The position numbers were made by a program, and so were the translations under genes. Below the pieces are notes generated by a model, which made no database searches, was not told where the DNA came from, and worked only from the letters and a program-made list of their open reading frames with translations. A DNA stretch of 64,000 nt from Cirrosporium novae-zelandiae (taxonomy: Eukaryota), in the NCBI GenBank assembly GCA_026023565.1, contig JAPETS010000021.1, positions 248,001-312,000 on the forward strand, written 5' to 3'. How positions within the stretch are numbered: the stretch's first letter is position 1; each line of letters opens with the position of its first letter. Shown here piece by piece: positions 52,263-64,000 of the stretch.

Positions 52263-55200
52263 AGTTGACAAGACATCCCCACCCACCGAACCTCTCTCTT
52301 TAAGAAAATCACTCAAAAGTTCACTCTCAAGCTCGGCAAGCAACATTCAAACGAAAACAGGTATGCTGCGAGAATTAGGAAGATCCGATTTTGGGCATCG
52401 CTTGCCATCGAGACAAAATAGCTATCCGTCCAATAGCAGATATAATCGGCATGGACGAGGCGATACCCGGCGGGCTATTGCGCTATTACACCAAAGACCT
52501 TCAATGAATGATGCCCGAAACCAAGAGTTAGAGGCACATTCTCTCAAAGAACCGAATCACAAACTCAGCGCGGTTGTCCGCCCTCCTCTCATCGATAGGC
52601 AACTACAGGGCGACTGGAGATACTGGGAAGAGATATGCGTTTTACTAATAGGTCTTCCATTCAATGTTACCACAATCGAGCTGTGGAAAGCCTTCCAAGC
52701 AGAAGGGAACATAACCCGGATTGAAATTTTCGAGGACTCCTCAGGTACAAGGCTAAGGAAGGGGAAAATCTTGTTTTGGTATGAATTAATGACTAATAAT
52801 TCTTAATTCTGTCACTAAAACTTGAGCCAGCCCACCTCCACAAAACCCATTTTGGGGTAATATCAGATACCAATTTTCGAGAGATAACGGCGAGGTTTGC
52901 AGACTTGAAACTCAACTAGAGGTCGCATACAAACATCGTTTCTGTCTTAGTCCTATTAATAATCGTATACGTTATCCAGCTTTAACTGTAAGTATCGTTG
53001 TTTCATAAAGGGCGTGGCCAATGTGGCGCTAACCTAACCATAATTCAGATACTGCATGCTGAGACCATTCACTTTGGTTTCATGTATCAGGCTGATGCGA
53101 TGGTTTCTATGTTCTCTTGTGCGGGAAACTCTGCAGAAGTCCTCCTTAAGTTGAACCTCATACACCGAGAAATTGAAGTTAAGTTTCAGCTAGATATTGT
53201 CGATCCAAGACTGGCAGGGACACCTTACGACAAGACTCAAGAAATCAGCCGAATTAAACGTACGGAGAAGATGAAATTTATGATACCCCTGGCTCAGCTG
53301 AAAAGTGTATTTGAAATGAAGGTGAATGATAGTGAAGTGACCTTGGTTGTGCCCCTGGAAACACCTCCCTGTTTCTATCGGAAATCTTTCAATCTGGAAG
53401 CCACACATGATGCAAAATCGACCCTGTGGACCGAAAACTATACATACTATCGTCAGACTGACATCGTCTCCGCACCAGAGGAGTTACCGTCAGTGCCATT
53501 GACTCTGCGAAAGGCAAAACCAATCATTGATATAGGACGATGGACTACTTACCGTTTCAGTTTTGATATTTCTAAAACGGGTGTCGGGAAATACCAGACT
53601 CTCTGCAATGCATTGAAAGACTATAATGTTCGGGTGATAGCATCTACCGATATGAAACTCCTTAGAGATAGCGGGTCAGCTATATGGCAGTTTATCGACC
53701 CCCCAACACTTTCACGATTGCCCAGAGCAACAGAACTAGCAGAACTTCAGGACGCAGAAACTCACTTCTTACCTTTCACTGTACGCTACCAACTAGAAGT
53801 TTGCATCTCACAGGGCATTTTGAATGAACATAACCTGACTAAGGAATTTGTAGATCGCCTGATGGATCTAGGTGAAGTGTTAGCACAAAACGTTCTCGAA
53901 TATATTGTGGATAAAGGCAAGCGTTACTACAATCCCTTGGAGGTCTTTGATATCAACATTGTCAAATCTACCTCACAACGACTCATCCCACATTATTGTT
54001 CGTATACTCGCTCGGTAACTGTTACCCCGTCCATGGTCTACTATAGTTCTCCGGTTATTGAGACTTCAAATCGGGTGATTAGACAATATGCTCAATACTC
54101 CGATAGATTTCTTCGTGTTCGGTTCAGTGATGAGAAATCAGTAGGGAAAATCCGATCCCGTGATAACAACATCATGAACGAGGTATTTACGCGTGTCAAA
54201 CGTGCCATGAGAAATGGGATTGTTATAGGCGATCGGAAGTATGAGTTTCTTGCATTTGGAAATTCTCAATTTCGGGAACATGCGGCCTACTTCTTCGCAT
54301 CCATACCAGGCGTTATCAACACCGACGGGATCCGAGCCTGGATGGGGCATTTCGAAGATATTCGAATCATTGCAAAGCATACTGCTCGTCTGGGACTGTG
54401 CTTTTCTACAACTAGGGCAATCAATGGCACACGAGTCAAAATCTCCGAAATTCCGGATATTGAAAGAAATGGTTACACCTTCAGTGATGGTGTTGGAAAA
54501 ATGTCCGGTTTTCTGGCCCAGTTAGCTGCATCTGAACTCGGAGCTTTCACTCCCGCCGGAGATCCTCCGTGTGTATTCCAATTCCGGCTCGGCGGTTGCA
54601 AAGGGGTCCTGACTGTAGCTCGTGACTTACAAGGTCAGGAAATACATATAAGACCAAGTCAGTACAAATTTCCGGCAGTCCATGAGGGGTTGGAAATCAT
54701 CAGATGGTCTCAATTTACAAGCGCCTATTTAAACCGGCAACTCATTGTGGTACTTAACGCCCTTGGCGTCCCCGACAAGATATTTACTTCCAAGCAAAAA
54801 ATGATGCTCGCAAACCTTGAGCGGGCAATGACAGACGAGGAAACAGCCCTATATTTCTTGCAGAAGTATATTGACATGAATCGGATGACTATGACCTTGG
54901 TTTCGTTGATTCTAGAAGGGTTTCAGAAAAGCCAGGAGCCATTCTTGTTGTCTTTACTTCAGTTGTGGCGAGCCTGGTCCATAAAGTACTTGAAAGAGAA
55001 GAGTCGCATCGCTATCGAGAAAGGCGCTTGTCTGTTAGGATGCTTGGATGAAACTGGAATCCTAAATGGTCATTTCGAGAGAGAGCAGCCTAGCGCAGAT
55101 GCATCCTTCGCAGATAAGGTGAAAGCGCTACCAGAGGTTTTCGTCCAAGTAAGTGACTCTGAGAATCAGGGTCATTATAGAATCCTGGAAGGCATCTGCA

Positions 55201-56600
55201 TTATCGCACGAAATCCTTCCCTACATCCGGGAGATATCAGAGTTGTTCGGGCTGTCAATGTTTCAGCTCTTGCTCATCTAAAGGACGTAGTGGTTCTTCC
55301 ACAGACCGGAGATAGAGATCTTGCAAGCATGTGCTCAGGGGGTGATCTCGATGGCGATGACTATGTGGTGATTTGGGATGAAGATCTGATTCCAGGAGAA
55401 TGGAACCATGAGCCAATGGACTATATGGCCCCAGAGCCAAGGAAACTAGACCGCGAAGTGACTACCGATGACATTACATCATTTTTCGTGACATATATGA
55501 AGAACGATCGCCTGCCATTAATTGCTAACGCGCACCTTGCACTTGCAGATTACGCAGATGAAGGCGTCAAAGATGAAAGATGCCTGGAGCTTGCGGCGTT
55601 GCATTCAAAGGCAGTTGACTATCCAAAAACCGGAGAGCCGGCAATCATGAGCAAGCACTTCCGTCTAAAAAAGCGGCCTCATTTCATGGAGAAGTCCAAA
55701 TCAAGAGGGTTAGTATATAATTCGAAAAAGGTCCTTGGTCAATTATATGATCAGGTTGAACGTGTGGATTTTGTGCCTAGATTCGATGCACCATTTGATG
55801 AACGTATCCTTCAAGCTTATCAGTTGGACCATGATATCATAACCTCAGCAGCAGAAGTAAAACAGGACTATGACGCTGCCATGAGACGAATCATGGCTCA
55901 ACATGAAATACGTACTGAATTTGAGGTATGGTCGGCATTCGTTCTACAGCACAGTGACGCATCCAATGATTACAAATTCGCAGAGGAAATAGGCCAAAAG
56001 TCAACTGCGCTCAAAGACCGATTCCGTAGGATCTGTTCTGAAAGAGCTGGAGGGAAAGACTTTAGTGTGTTAGGACGATACGTGGCAGCTATGTACGTTG
56101 TAACCAATGCAAACATTCAGAAGGCTTTGGATGAGTGCGGTCAAGTAAAGTCAGTTGGTGGCAAGGAGGTTCCAGTACGGAAAATGCATCCTGATACCAT
56201 GCCTTTAATTAGTTTTCCCTGGATCTTTCATGATGAGCTAGGTAGGATCGCAACAAATAGTCGCCCACGAGATATGCCTCTTTCTATTTCCGTTAAGCCT
56301 GAAATAAAGCGCTCCGGAACCACCAAGGTGAATATATATCCTAACACAAGCACATCAGAGGAACAAGACATGATCCAAACTACAGAGGGGGTCACCCATC
56401 GCGGAGAGTTGTTAGAGCTTTTCCATGGATCGGAAGGCCCGCCGATCCCCCAGCCTAGTTCCAAGCAATCTACTAATATCTCCAGCGAGAAACATTCTCA
56501 AGAGCCTCCTCTAAAAGTTCAAGAGCATGACGGACTAGAGGACAGCAAAAATGAACGCACAGCATTGGAAAGGTTGATCAAACTAATGGCAGAAGACTGA
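51961..56600 (+). CDS. RNA-dependent RNA polymerase (RNA silencing), probably SAD-1 clade, 3 exons; start uncertain
   Basis: SNRVIRQY..FLRVRFSDE, FLAFGNSQFRE, FSDGVG, FQFRLGGCKG, RNPSLHPGDIR, catalytic CSGGDLDGDDY, LHSKAVDYPKTG and an N-terminal RRM-like segment. Clade assignment is inference. Confidence 0.93.
52216..52260 (+). repeat. (AAC)15 microsatellite encoding poly-Asn in the RdRP N-terminus
   Basis: Perfect trinucleotide repeat, in frame. Confidence 0.95.
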
Positions 56601-56899
56601 AGTAAAGGGTAGTGTTACTTGCCAATAAGTAATTATTCTAGCGAGCGGATATGCTAAATAGAAGCAAAAGGGAATCAGCATCCTAATTTTACTACCGTCT
56701 TTAATGGAAGTAAGATGATGACACGAAAGTTGAACAATATACTTTGTAGATTCGTAGTAAGGTAATACTGTTACTTTTGTATTTCAATCCTCGACTAAGG
56801 AAATTCGTAGCATCTACTACCCGTTACTACAGGGATTTACTCAAGTGTAAACGCAACAGGGCCTAAATATCTTACCTCGTTCAGTTTAGATCTTGCCAA

Positions 56900-59169
56900 C
56901 TATCTACCCACACTGGCTAATCCCAAGCAAAACTCCTTGAAATCGCCCTTCCCGAATATATCCTCAATGTCATGTTCTAGCTTTGCTCCATACCTCTCCC
57001 TATACTCGCTTTTCACGCGCTCCATGTGACGTGGCTCCCAATGGTATCGCACTAGTCGTGATACAAGAAGCTCAGTACGGTTGGCGTCCTTTGAGCTCTC
57101 GGAAAGAGATTGGTGTAGTAGCATGGCATCGCGTAGCGGACGCGAGAGTGCGCCATTTATGATATGGGTTAGAGTTTCGCCCTAGTCACAAGATATTAAT
57201 GAGAAGATCATGAACAGGCGAGTCACGGACCGAAGGCTGACGACAAGTATTCGTGGGTTGGGGGGGGGGAGGCGAAAACAATCAAGAGGGCTTCGACATT
57301 TCGTTGCGCTTAGATCAGGTCTAAGTTTCAACAAATTGTGTATTCGGACTTGAATTTCAAGGATGACTTTTCTGTTAAATGTGTAATGCTTATCGAATCC
57401 AGCCCACAAGTTCTGAGAATCACCTTCGGATCTAGGCTGTTGCTCAAAGACTAACGTACCACCAAGTTGTTACTGCGATCAAGCAGGTCCCTCACAATAT
57501 TCCTCCTATATACCCGATGAAATACCCTTGAAATCTCTCGGATATGGTTGTCACTCCTCACTACCAATATCCGAATCATCGTGGACTCACCTCCTTCCTT
57601 TGCATTTAGACATCTATACAACGTTCTTACATCGGAATCCACTAAACCAAGATCTAGTCGCGCGTCTTCGGACATTCGCGTCTCTTCCAAGGCAAGCAAA
57701 ATCGCCATGCGAAATTTATCTGCACGCAATTCAGCCTTCATACATCTTTCCAACGAGTCTCCATAACGTTTATCTGAGAAGGCATTTTTTATGGCGCGAA
57801 TCTCGGAATTGGGGCGTCCCATCAGACTCTCTATTAGCAATTCCCTACGACTCGAGTTGCTCTGATACCAGAAGTTAGCCCAATGGGCTTCGGATTCCCA
57901 GCGGCCCAGTGCTGTTGCATAGGTTACGATGCCAATTTTTCCAGGGATTTGCATTTTGATATGTTTTGCAATGTTAATGCCATGACCAGATATCTTAACT
58001 TGATTCTTATACTCTATCCGTAGATCCAACATATCCTCCGAGGAGAGGCGTGGAAGGATAGACACTAGTGGACCTAGATCAGGTTTATGACGCGCAAGCG
58101 CTCTAGCAATAGCTTTGGCATCTGGATTCGGGTCATAAAAGGAGACACGTTTGGGAGCCTTGGATTTGGAGGGTTTAACGGCATGCTGGCGCTTTTCACT
58201 ACGGCCGTGCTCATGAGAGGAGGTGGAAGAAATCGCCGGCGAGAGAGGCTCAAAGTCAGAGAGATCAGAGTCATTGTGATGAGAAACAGACAGCATCATC
58301 GGTGACGGCATTGGGGATATTGATTGATAAGTTCCGAGGTAAGGTTCCAGAAGAGGAGAGCCTGGTGGGCGAACTCCAGCTTGGCTGTGGACGGTACTGA
58401 CATCCAGGTTCACTGGACCGGTACCGGCAACAGATAGTCTTTGCATTCCTAGACGAGGGGACGGTGGTAGTTCCGTCGAATTGCCGCTGGGAGCAATCTT
58501 GTATCCAGGGTAGTGTGAATCGGGTGATCGAACGTAAGAAGGCTGGTCATATGAAGGCTTCGACTCAGTAGCATAGGCTAACTGAGTGGCTGGATGGAGG
58601 TAATCATAACGTCCGAATTTCGCATGATCTGGAGTGGATGAGGAATTGAGAGAATTGACTATGGTGCCGTTCACGTCAGCAGAAGTAGATGCTGGAGGCG
58701 CATACGAAGACGTGGGCATTGACGCATATTGTGTTGATGGTGTTTCATAAGACCTTAATGGTGGTGCATAGCCTGGTAATTCGCATGCGGGAATTGGGGC
58801 CCAGTCATCTGCCGAAGATTGGCTATATGTCGGCTGTCGATTGTCCGAATGATTAGTAGTCTTCCGATGTTCAACTGGTTCAGTATATGGAACAGTTGGC
58901 TGGCTTGGTCGAGGGTGTTGTTCTATTCCCCTGGCAGAGGTATATTCAAATCTGGGGGATGATGGTAGGGAATGGCCGCCGTGATGCTCGTCATCGTCAC
59001 GACCCCCATAGCGGTCGTGATGCTTCCGTCTGTGAGTATGGGGCTTCTCAGAAGCCTTTAAAGAATGATGCGAACTTTTAGATCGGCCATCTCTTGATCG
59101 GGAGCGGTCGCGGTTACTACTCGGGGATTTTGAGCGGCCCCGCGCTCGCGATTCGCCGACTGAGAGCAT
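56900..59169 (-). CDS. Annexin C4-like (AnxC4) fungal annexin, 2 exons
   Basis: Low-complexity N-terminus, then INIAKHIK..YATALGRWESEAHWANFWYQ..RRELLIESLMGR..ELRADKFR..NLV/GETLTHIINGA..RDAMLL..ELLVSRLVRYHWE. Confidence 0.8.
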
Positions 59170-59980
59170 GTTCGTGTGTACTCAGTAGGTGGTAGAGGAA
59201 GGCAATTGTTTGTGTCAGTTGTATTATGAAAATAGTAGAAAGTGAGACGAAAGATGTATTGGAGGAAGCTGAAATTGACGATGTGGTAGAGGCTGGAAGT
59301 AATAATTAGACGCTGAAGCTGCAGGTCACACGGCAGCCTTTGGGTAGTTTAGCTGCCCAGTCGCATATCTCCTAACTACAGGGAGGAAAATAACAAGTAT
59401 TACTGATACCTATACCCTTGCCTACCTAAATATCTTAGGCCTAGTATATCTTTTAATACGGCCCATTGTTAGAATTATTAGGCATACATTCATTCTATCT
59501 TGCTTGCACCCCTGTTTCCTTAATCCCTACTGACTAGAATTCATTATTTCTATTGCCAAAGTCGCTATAATCAGGTATGCCTGACGTCGACAAATACTCT
59601 CATTTTTGGTATCTTGCATAATTAATCAACATGAGAGACGGTAAAACAGCTATAGACCTACTCGGGAGCCTCAGATTCCCGGAGCGATGAAATAAAACGC
59701 ATACAAGTCTTCCCAATATCGCAAAGCCCTGCAAGTTGAAATGCTCTCGGTGGAAGCAGTAAACTGCTAGCTAAATAGCACCGCGCTTAAGGGGGGAAGC
59801 AAGAAAGTGCTCAGCACAAGAAGCCAAGGTTAGAAAAAACGTAAACAACGGATGAAGGGAAATCGTCTGGTAGAAGAACATAATATGCCGATAGCGCATG
59901 CATGCAGCACTGAAGCAAGGGGCTACCATAGCACCAACTTGCATTGAAAGAAGTAGCCATTAGTCAACCAACTGTTTCAT

Positions 59981-61745
59981 TCATCGAAGTTTTGCTTTCC
60001 CACTCCTATCAAGTCTGCTAGTTCTCCAGCGCTCGTACCATACCTCCCTGCTGGCTTCCCTTAACTCTCCCCTCCACTCTTGGAACACGGCATCCTTGAG
60101 TTTAACAAAATCGCAATGCTCTATGTTATAGGGATCGGCAAATCCCCAAGGAAACTTTCGTCCAACGAATTCTGGTGTATACATGTCTGGGCTGAGAATG
60201 CTTAGAGGAATATAGGACGCTTCATCAGATGTACTGCCGATAGAGGAGCCATGTTTGTATGACGACCGACGTTTGATAGACAATGATGAAGCAGACTCAG
60301 ACTTCGACGGATCTTCCGAGCCGCTCTTGGCATTCTCTGCCTTTGCATTTTCGGAATCCTCATCACATTCGTCCAGCCTATCCACGTCCTCTGCCTCCAA
60401 ATCATCCAGCGAAAGCGCTTCAAGGGGATCAAAGTTGGCCTCTCGAAGGCTCTCAGTGATAGTCTTTTTGAGAAGGGCCATATGGGCAGAAGTGATTGTA
60501 TCTGCCTTACTAATAATCGGTAGTACGGTCGTCTTTCCATGAAGAGCCCGCAAAACCTGTAGATCAAGGTCTTCATCAAGAGCCCCCACTACTCGTGGAG
60601 AAACGCCATTGAGTTTGTCTTTGGAGGACCCATTGGACTTTGTCGCCTGAGCAGCAACAATATTTGCATCGAGACGAGTCGGATCGAGAACCAAGAAAAC
60701 GCAATGAATGTGCGTATCCCTAACTCCAGGCGATCGAACTACCTTCATCTCCTCATTGAAAGTATCTTCGAACTTACTCTCTAAGAAAGCACTCATCTCA
60801 CGCAACTGGAGATCGACGACATTTTTATCCAATCCTTTGGAGTCCCAAAGTGTTACGCCAATACGCTCTCCCTCTACTTCGGTCTCAAGATAGTGTGATA
60901 CGAAATTGGCATTAGCAGGCGAAACGGCGGACATACAGTCGGTCTCTTCAGGCGAACGTGTTGGGCGCTTACTCTTTGGCAGAGCAAGAGCTTTACGGAG
61001 GAAATTGAGAAAGCTAGTCTTGCCGGAATTGCGGGTTCCAATAACGAGGATGCTATACAATTGATCAGTAAAAAGTAGGACAAGTAGTTTGAATGGACTA
61101 AATAGGAGCTTACTTGAACGGCGTGGGATCCTTTCTTCTCCGAACTCTACGCGGGCTGTTGATAGTACTGACAGCACTACTCGCATAACTGTAACGACCA
61201 CGATGCGTCATGCTCTCTGTCCTCGCATAGGGGTCAGTGGCAGGTTGCCCACTTGAGCCACCTAGGGCAGCAGCAACAGATATAGAATGAAGAGCGGTCT
61301 CCATAGACGATTTTGGTGTTCGTGGCGACTTTTGATTGTAAGCAGATTCGGATGTTCGATTTGAGATGATAGCAATGCTGTCTGGTCTGTCTTCGCCACC
61401 AAATGTTTTCAATTGTGGAGGGGGTGCAAACTCGGGGATACGTGGTGGTTGCTTAGGTATAGCTTCACGTTGGCGAAGAAGTTCTTGTTCTCGAGCGGCG
61501 GATTCCTTTTTACTTCGCTTCCCGCTAGAGGAACTGCGATGGTTTCCAAGGCGTTCACCTGATTTGGCACGACGCAGAAAGCCTAGTGAGGTTCGCCGCG
61601 GGGCATGAGCGGAATGTAAGCCATGAGATCCTTTCTCATTTGCACCTTCCGAGACAGAGGGAAGCCTTGTTTGGGTAGACTGTGCAATTTCATCCGGTGG
61701 CGGGGATCTTCCCGGGGTACGAGGACGTGAGTGAGGAGGTGACAT
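59981..61745 (-). CDS. aspE: Septin, AspE-like (group 5), 2 exons
   Basis: RRRKDPTPF/.ILVIGTRNSGKTSFLNFL (G1), LWDSKG (G3), DTHIHCVFLVLDP, ISKADT (G4), GRKFPWG..HCDF. Confidence 0.85.
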
Positions 61746-63244
61746 AACGACTCGATTGAGAAGGGTCAATAGAAGTGTAAGGTAAACGCGCAATATGCGA
61801 TGCAGGTGGTCAATCGGGAAGCTTTAAAGTTGAGGTCCCGTCGCACTCGGATATTATGATATAATGAATCCGAAGGAAGGAGCGGAAAGGTTGATGGACC
61901 TATTTGGGCTGTTCAAAATGTCAGGTTGTGATTCATATGGGAAATTGGCAGCAAATAAGAAAGAACGTGAAGCATCCCTAAACGCAGAGTGCACAGCTAT
62001 TTCTACTAGCTGGGATATTTCTGCATTTTAGCCTCCTGTCTTGACTTTGCTCCAAACACACCTGCCTACATCTCAACAGACCAAAAAGACAGTTTTTGTT
62101 TTTTTTTTTTTTTTGTTTTTTTGTTTAGGAAAGGCTGCTCGTACCTCACAGTATTTTTTAAATGCACCTCCCTGTGTCGCCTTCTTGATTGGGGTATAAT
62201 TGGGGTATAATTTAAGGTACGTAAGATAGGTGTGTGCCAGCGTCACTACTTGGATGATGGTTTTGTAAGGAGTGCTCAGTTCTCTAGTCTTCTTATATTC
62301 CAATATTTTAACACCTGCGGTGCTCTGGTGCTAACCGAGTGAGTGACGAGAGTTCCGAATATCAAATACAATGTGACGTATGATGGCGCAAACGTTTTGC
62401 GATTATGATAACAGAAAATAGCTTGGCTGGGTTAAAGGGTAATAGAGTTTTGATGAAAGAATGAATGGTCGTGGTAATTTAACGATCTGGTTGACTGAAT
62501 GGCTGTACGGAATAGAAGTGAAAGGTACAGAACGGTGTCGATGTTGGCAGTGTCGAAAATGTCGAAAAAAAAGTGAAGGGTTGAAAAGAGCGTAGCTGTG
62601 ATGTTTATACCCGGAGCCTGTCAGGTCATAAACAGACAGGGCATGTCTGGAAAATGATATGCCACGGGGCGCAAAAGCAGAGGGGTTCTTGGACTTGAAG
62701 CGTTCAACGGCTCGCAGTTCACAGTTCACGGATGGCAGCTTCTTGGAAGGTTATGATGGTCATAATTTATTGACCAAGGCCCATTGTCGCCCAGATAACA
62801 GATACAAAACCAAAGACTGAAGAGAGAAATATGCAAGCTACCCAAAACTGCCCCTGAGCGATCAACAGGGTAGAGATAATTACCTTGATTCTCTGGTCTA
62901 CCTTTGAGGGGGGTATGTTGGAGCAGCTAGATAGGTAAGATACCAGGATACCTAGGTAACCTTACTAAAGTAGAGACCTTTAGGATTATTACTTTAATAC
63001 AGCCAGACCTACTTTGTAAACGACAAGGGCACGTGGAGAGTCGGTTTATTAAAGGATAGGACCGAGAGTGATCCAAGGGGACGCTTGTGCGAAACTTCAA
63101 ATTGACTAGCCATTTGACAATTTGCGACTACAGGGACTGGCCCTCCAAGTACCGAGAGTGCCCTACAGGGTAAGAGATAATACGAACTTATGTTAGTTAC
63201 CCCCCTCCCCCAAATTATCTACCTAGGTACTTCATTCCCCACCA

Positions 63245-63945
63245 CTAAGGATCCCTTCTAGTCTTAAAAAGGCTGAGATCCAGTGGAATCTTTTCACCCA
63301 TCCATGTAGCTCTCTGGCTGTGATCTCTTTCTTCCTCATCCGTATTCGGGTGCACGAGGACACTAAGCGGACCCCGGTTGATGACAAGCCACGAGATAAA
63401 CGCCCCGAATTGGCTAGGGCTAAAAATGTTGACTTCAAACATCCCTATGGGATGTGGCCCGACTGGCTTCTCCCAAACCTGGTAGATCCGCAGCTCAGGA
63501 ACTGCCATTCTTAGCACTCATCGAGAATGATCGCTTTGAGATGCCATCAATTGAAGCGACTCAAACAACTTACATTCACGTCGGATACGCTCCCAAAGTG
63601 CAGCTGCAAATTCTATCTGCCTCTAGTATGTGGTGAGCACACGCTTAAGGTTCAAGTAGTTCGATTAACTCGCGGGAGGTAAGAGGTCTCACGGGAAAGA
63701 AATAGATATGCGCATCAAATCCGCCCCTGCTGCTGTTGGAAATAGGATGCTGAAATTCTTCGTATGCTGTACTTTTCCTGGCAGCTGGAGGGTTATAATA
63801 GCTCTTGCCGTCATCGTTTCTTTCACTGGGACGCAATCAGTTCGTGCACCTTAATATGCTCGGGGACTGCGAACTTAGGCAAAGGCGCAAGCTTCTCTGA
63901 GTCATCTAATGGCCATGGGTAAGAATATGCGGATGGATCTGCCAT
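63245..63945 (-). CDS. DOPA 4,5-dioxygenase family protein, 4 exons
   Basis: GGFDAHIYF/..LWERIRREF/PELRIYQVWEKPVGPHPIGMFEV..GPLSVLVHPNT..RDHSQRATWMGE. Confidence 0.9.
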
Positions 63946-64000
63946 TATGGATATTCCGATCTAGAACATAAAGCATTTGTTTTAACAGTGGACGTTAAAA

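Noticed and set aside
62093..62122. Long T-tract as a retroelement tail
   Set aside because: No adjacent SINE/LINE body or target-site duplication; more likely a poly(dA:dT) promoter tract upstream of the septin.

Overview
Gene-dense, intron-rich DNA from a filamentous ascomycete (Pezizomycotina; the cyanase and SLA2 proteins look Eurotiomycete-like, which is an impression only). The window contains the mating-type locus: a MAT1-2 idiomorph with the HMG-box gene MAT1-2-1 (12634-13960, -) next to SLA2. Two genes are missed or only partly shown by the ORF track. (1) A three-exon gene (14336-15120, +) is divergently transcribed from MAT1-2-1 and convergent on SLA2. After splicing it encodes a gapless but degenerate homeodomain, an HMG<-->HD->SLA2 layout recalling the budding-yeast MATa2-MATa1-SLA2 locus. 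(2) A 39-codon a-factor-like pheromone precursor with three GPGGG-CTVM (CaaX) repeats (3307-3426, +) lies next to cyanase and about 9 kb from MAT1-2-1. The usual second flank, APN2/COX13, is absent and a decayed AT-rich segment sits in its place. The remaining genes are mostly housekeeping: C2H2 protein, cyanase, YBP/DUF1760, ARO80-like Zn2Cys6 factor, NVJ2-like, 2-Cys peroxiredoxin, DCAF11-like WD40, Sec61-gamma, CFIm68-like RRM, RIM2, RPL21, RPS9, SLU7, REV3, SNX3, double-Myb protein, RPS4, HOM2, SAD-1-like RdRP, annexin C4-like, AspE-like septin and DOPA dioxygenase. A small MITE-like element, a probable pseudogene and a structured long intron are also present. All calls come from manual reading and translation; no searches were run.
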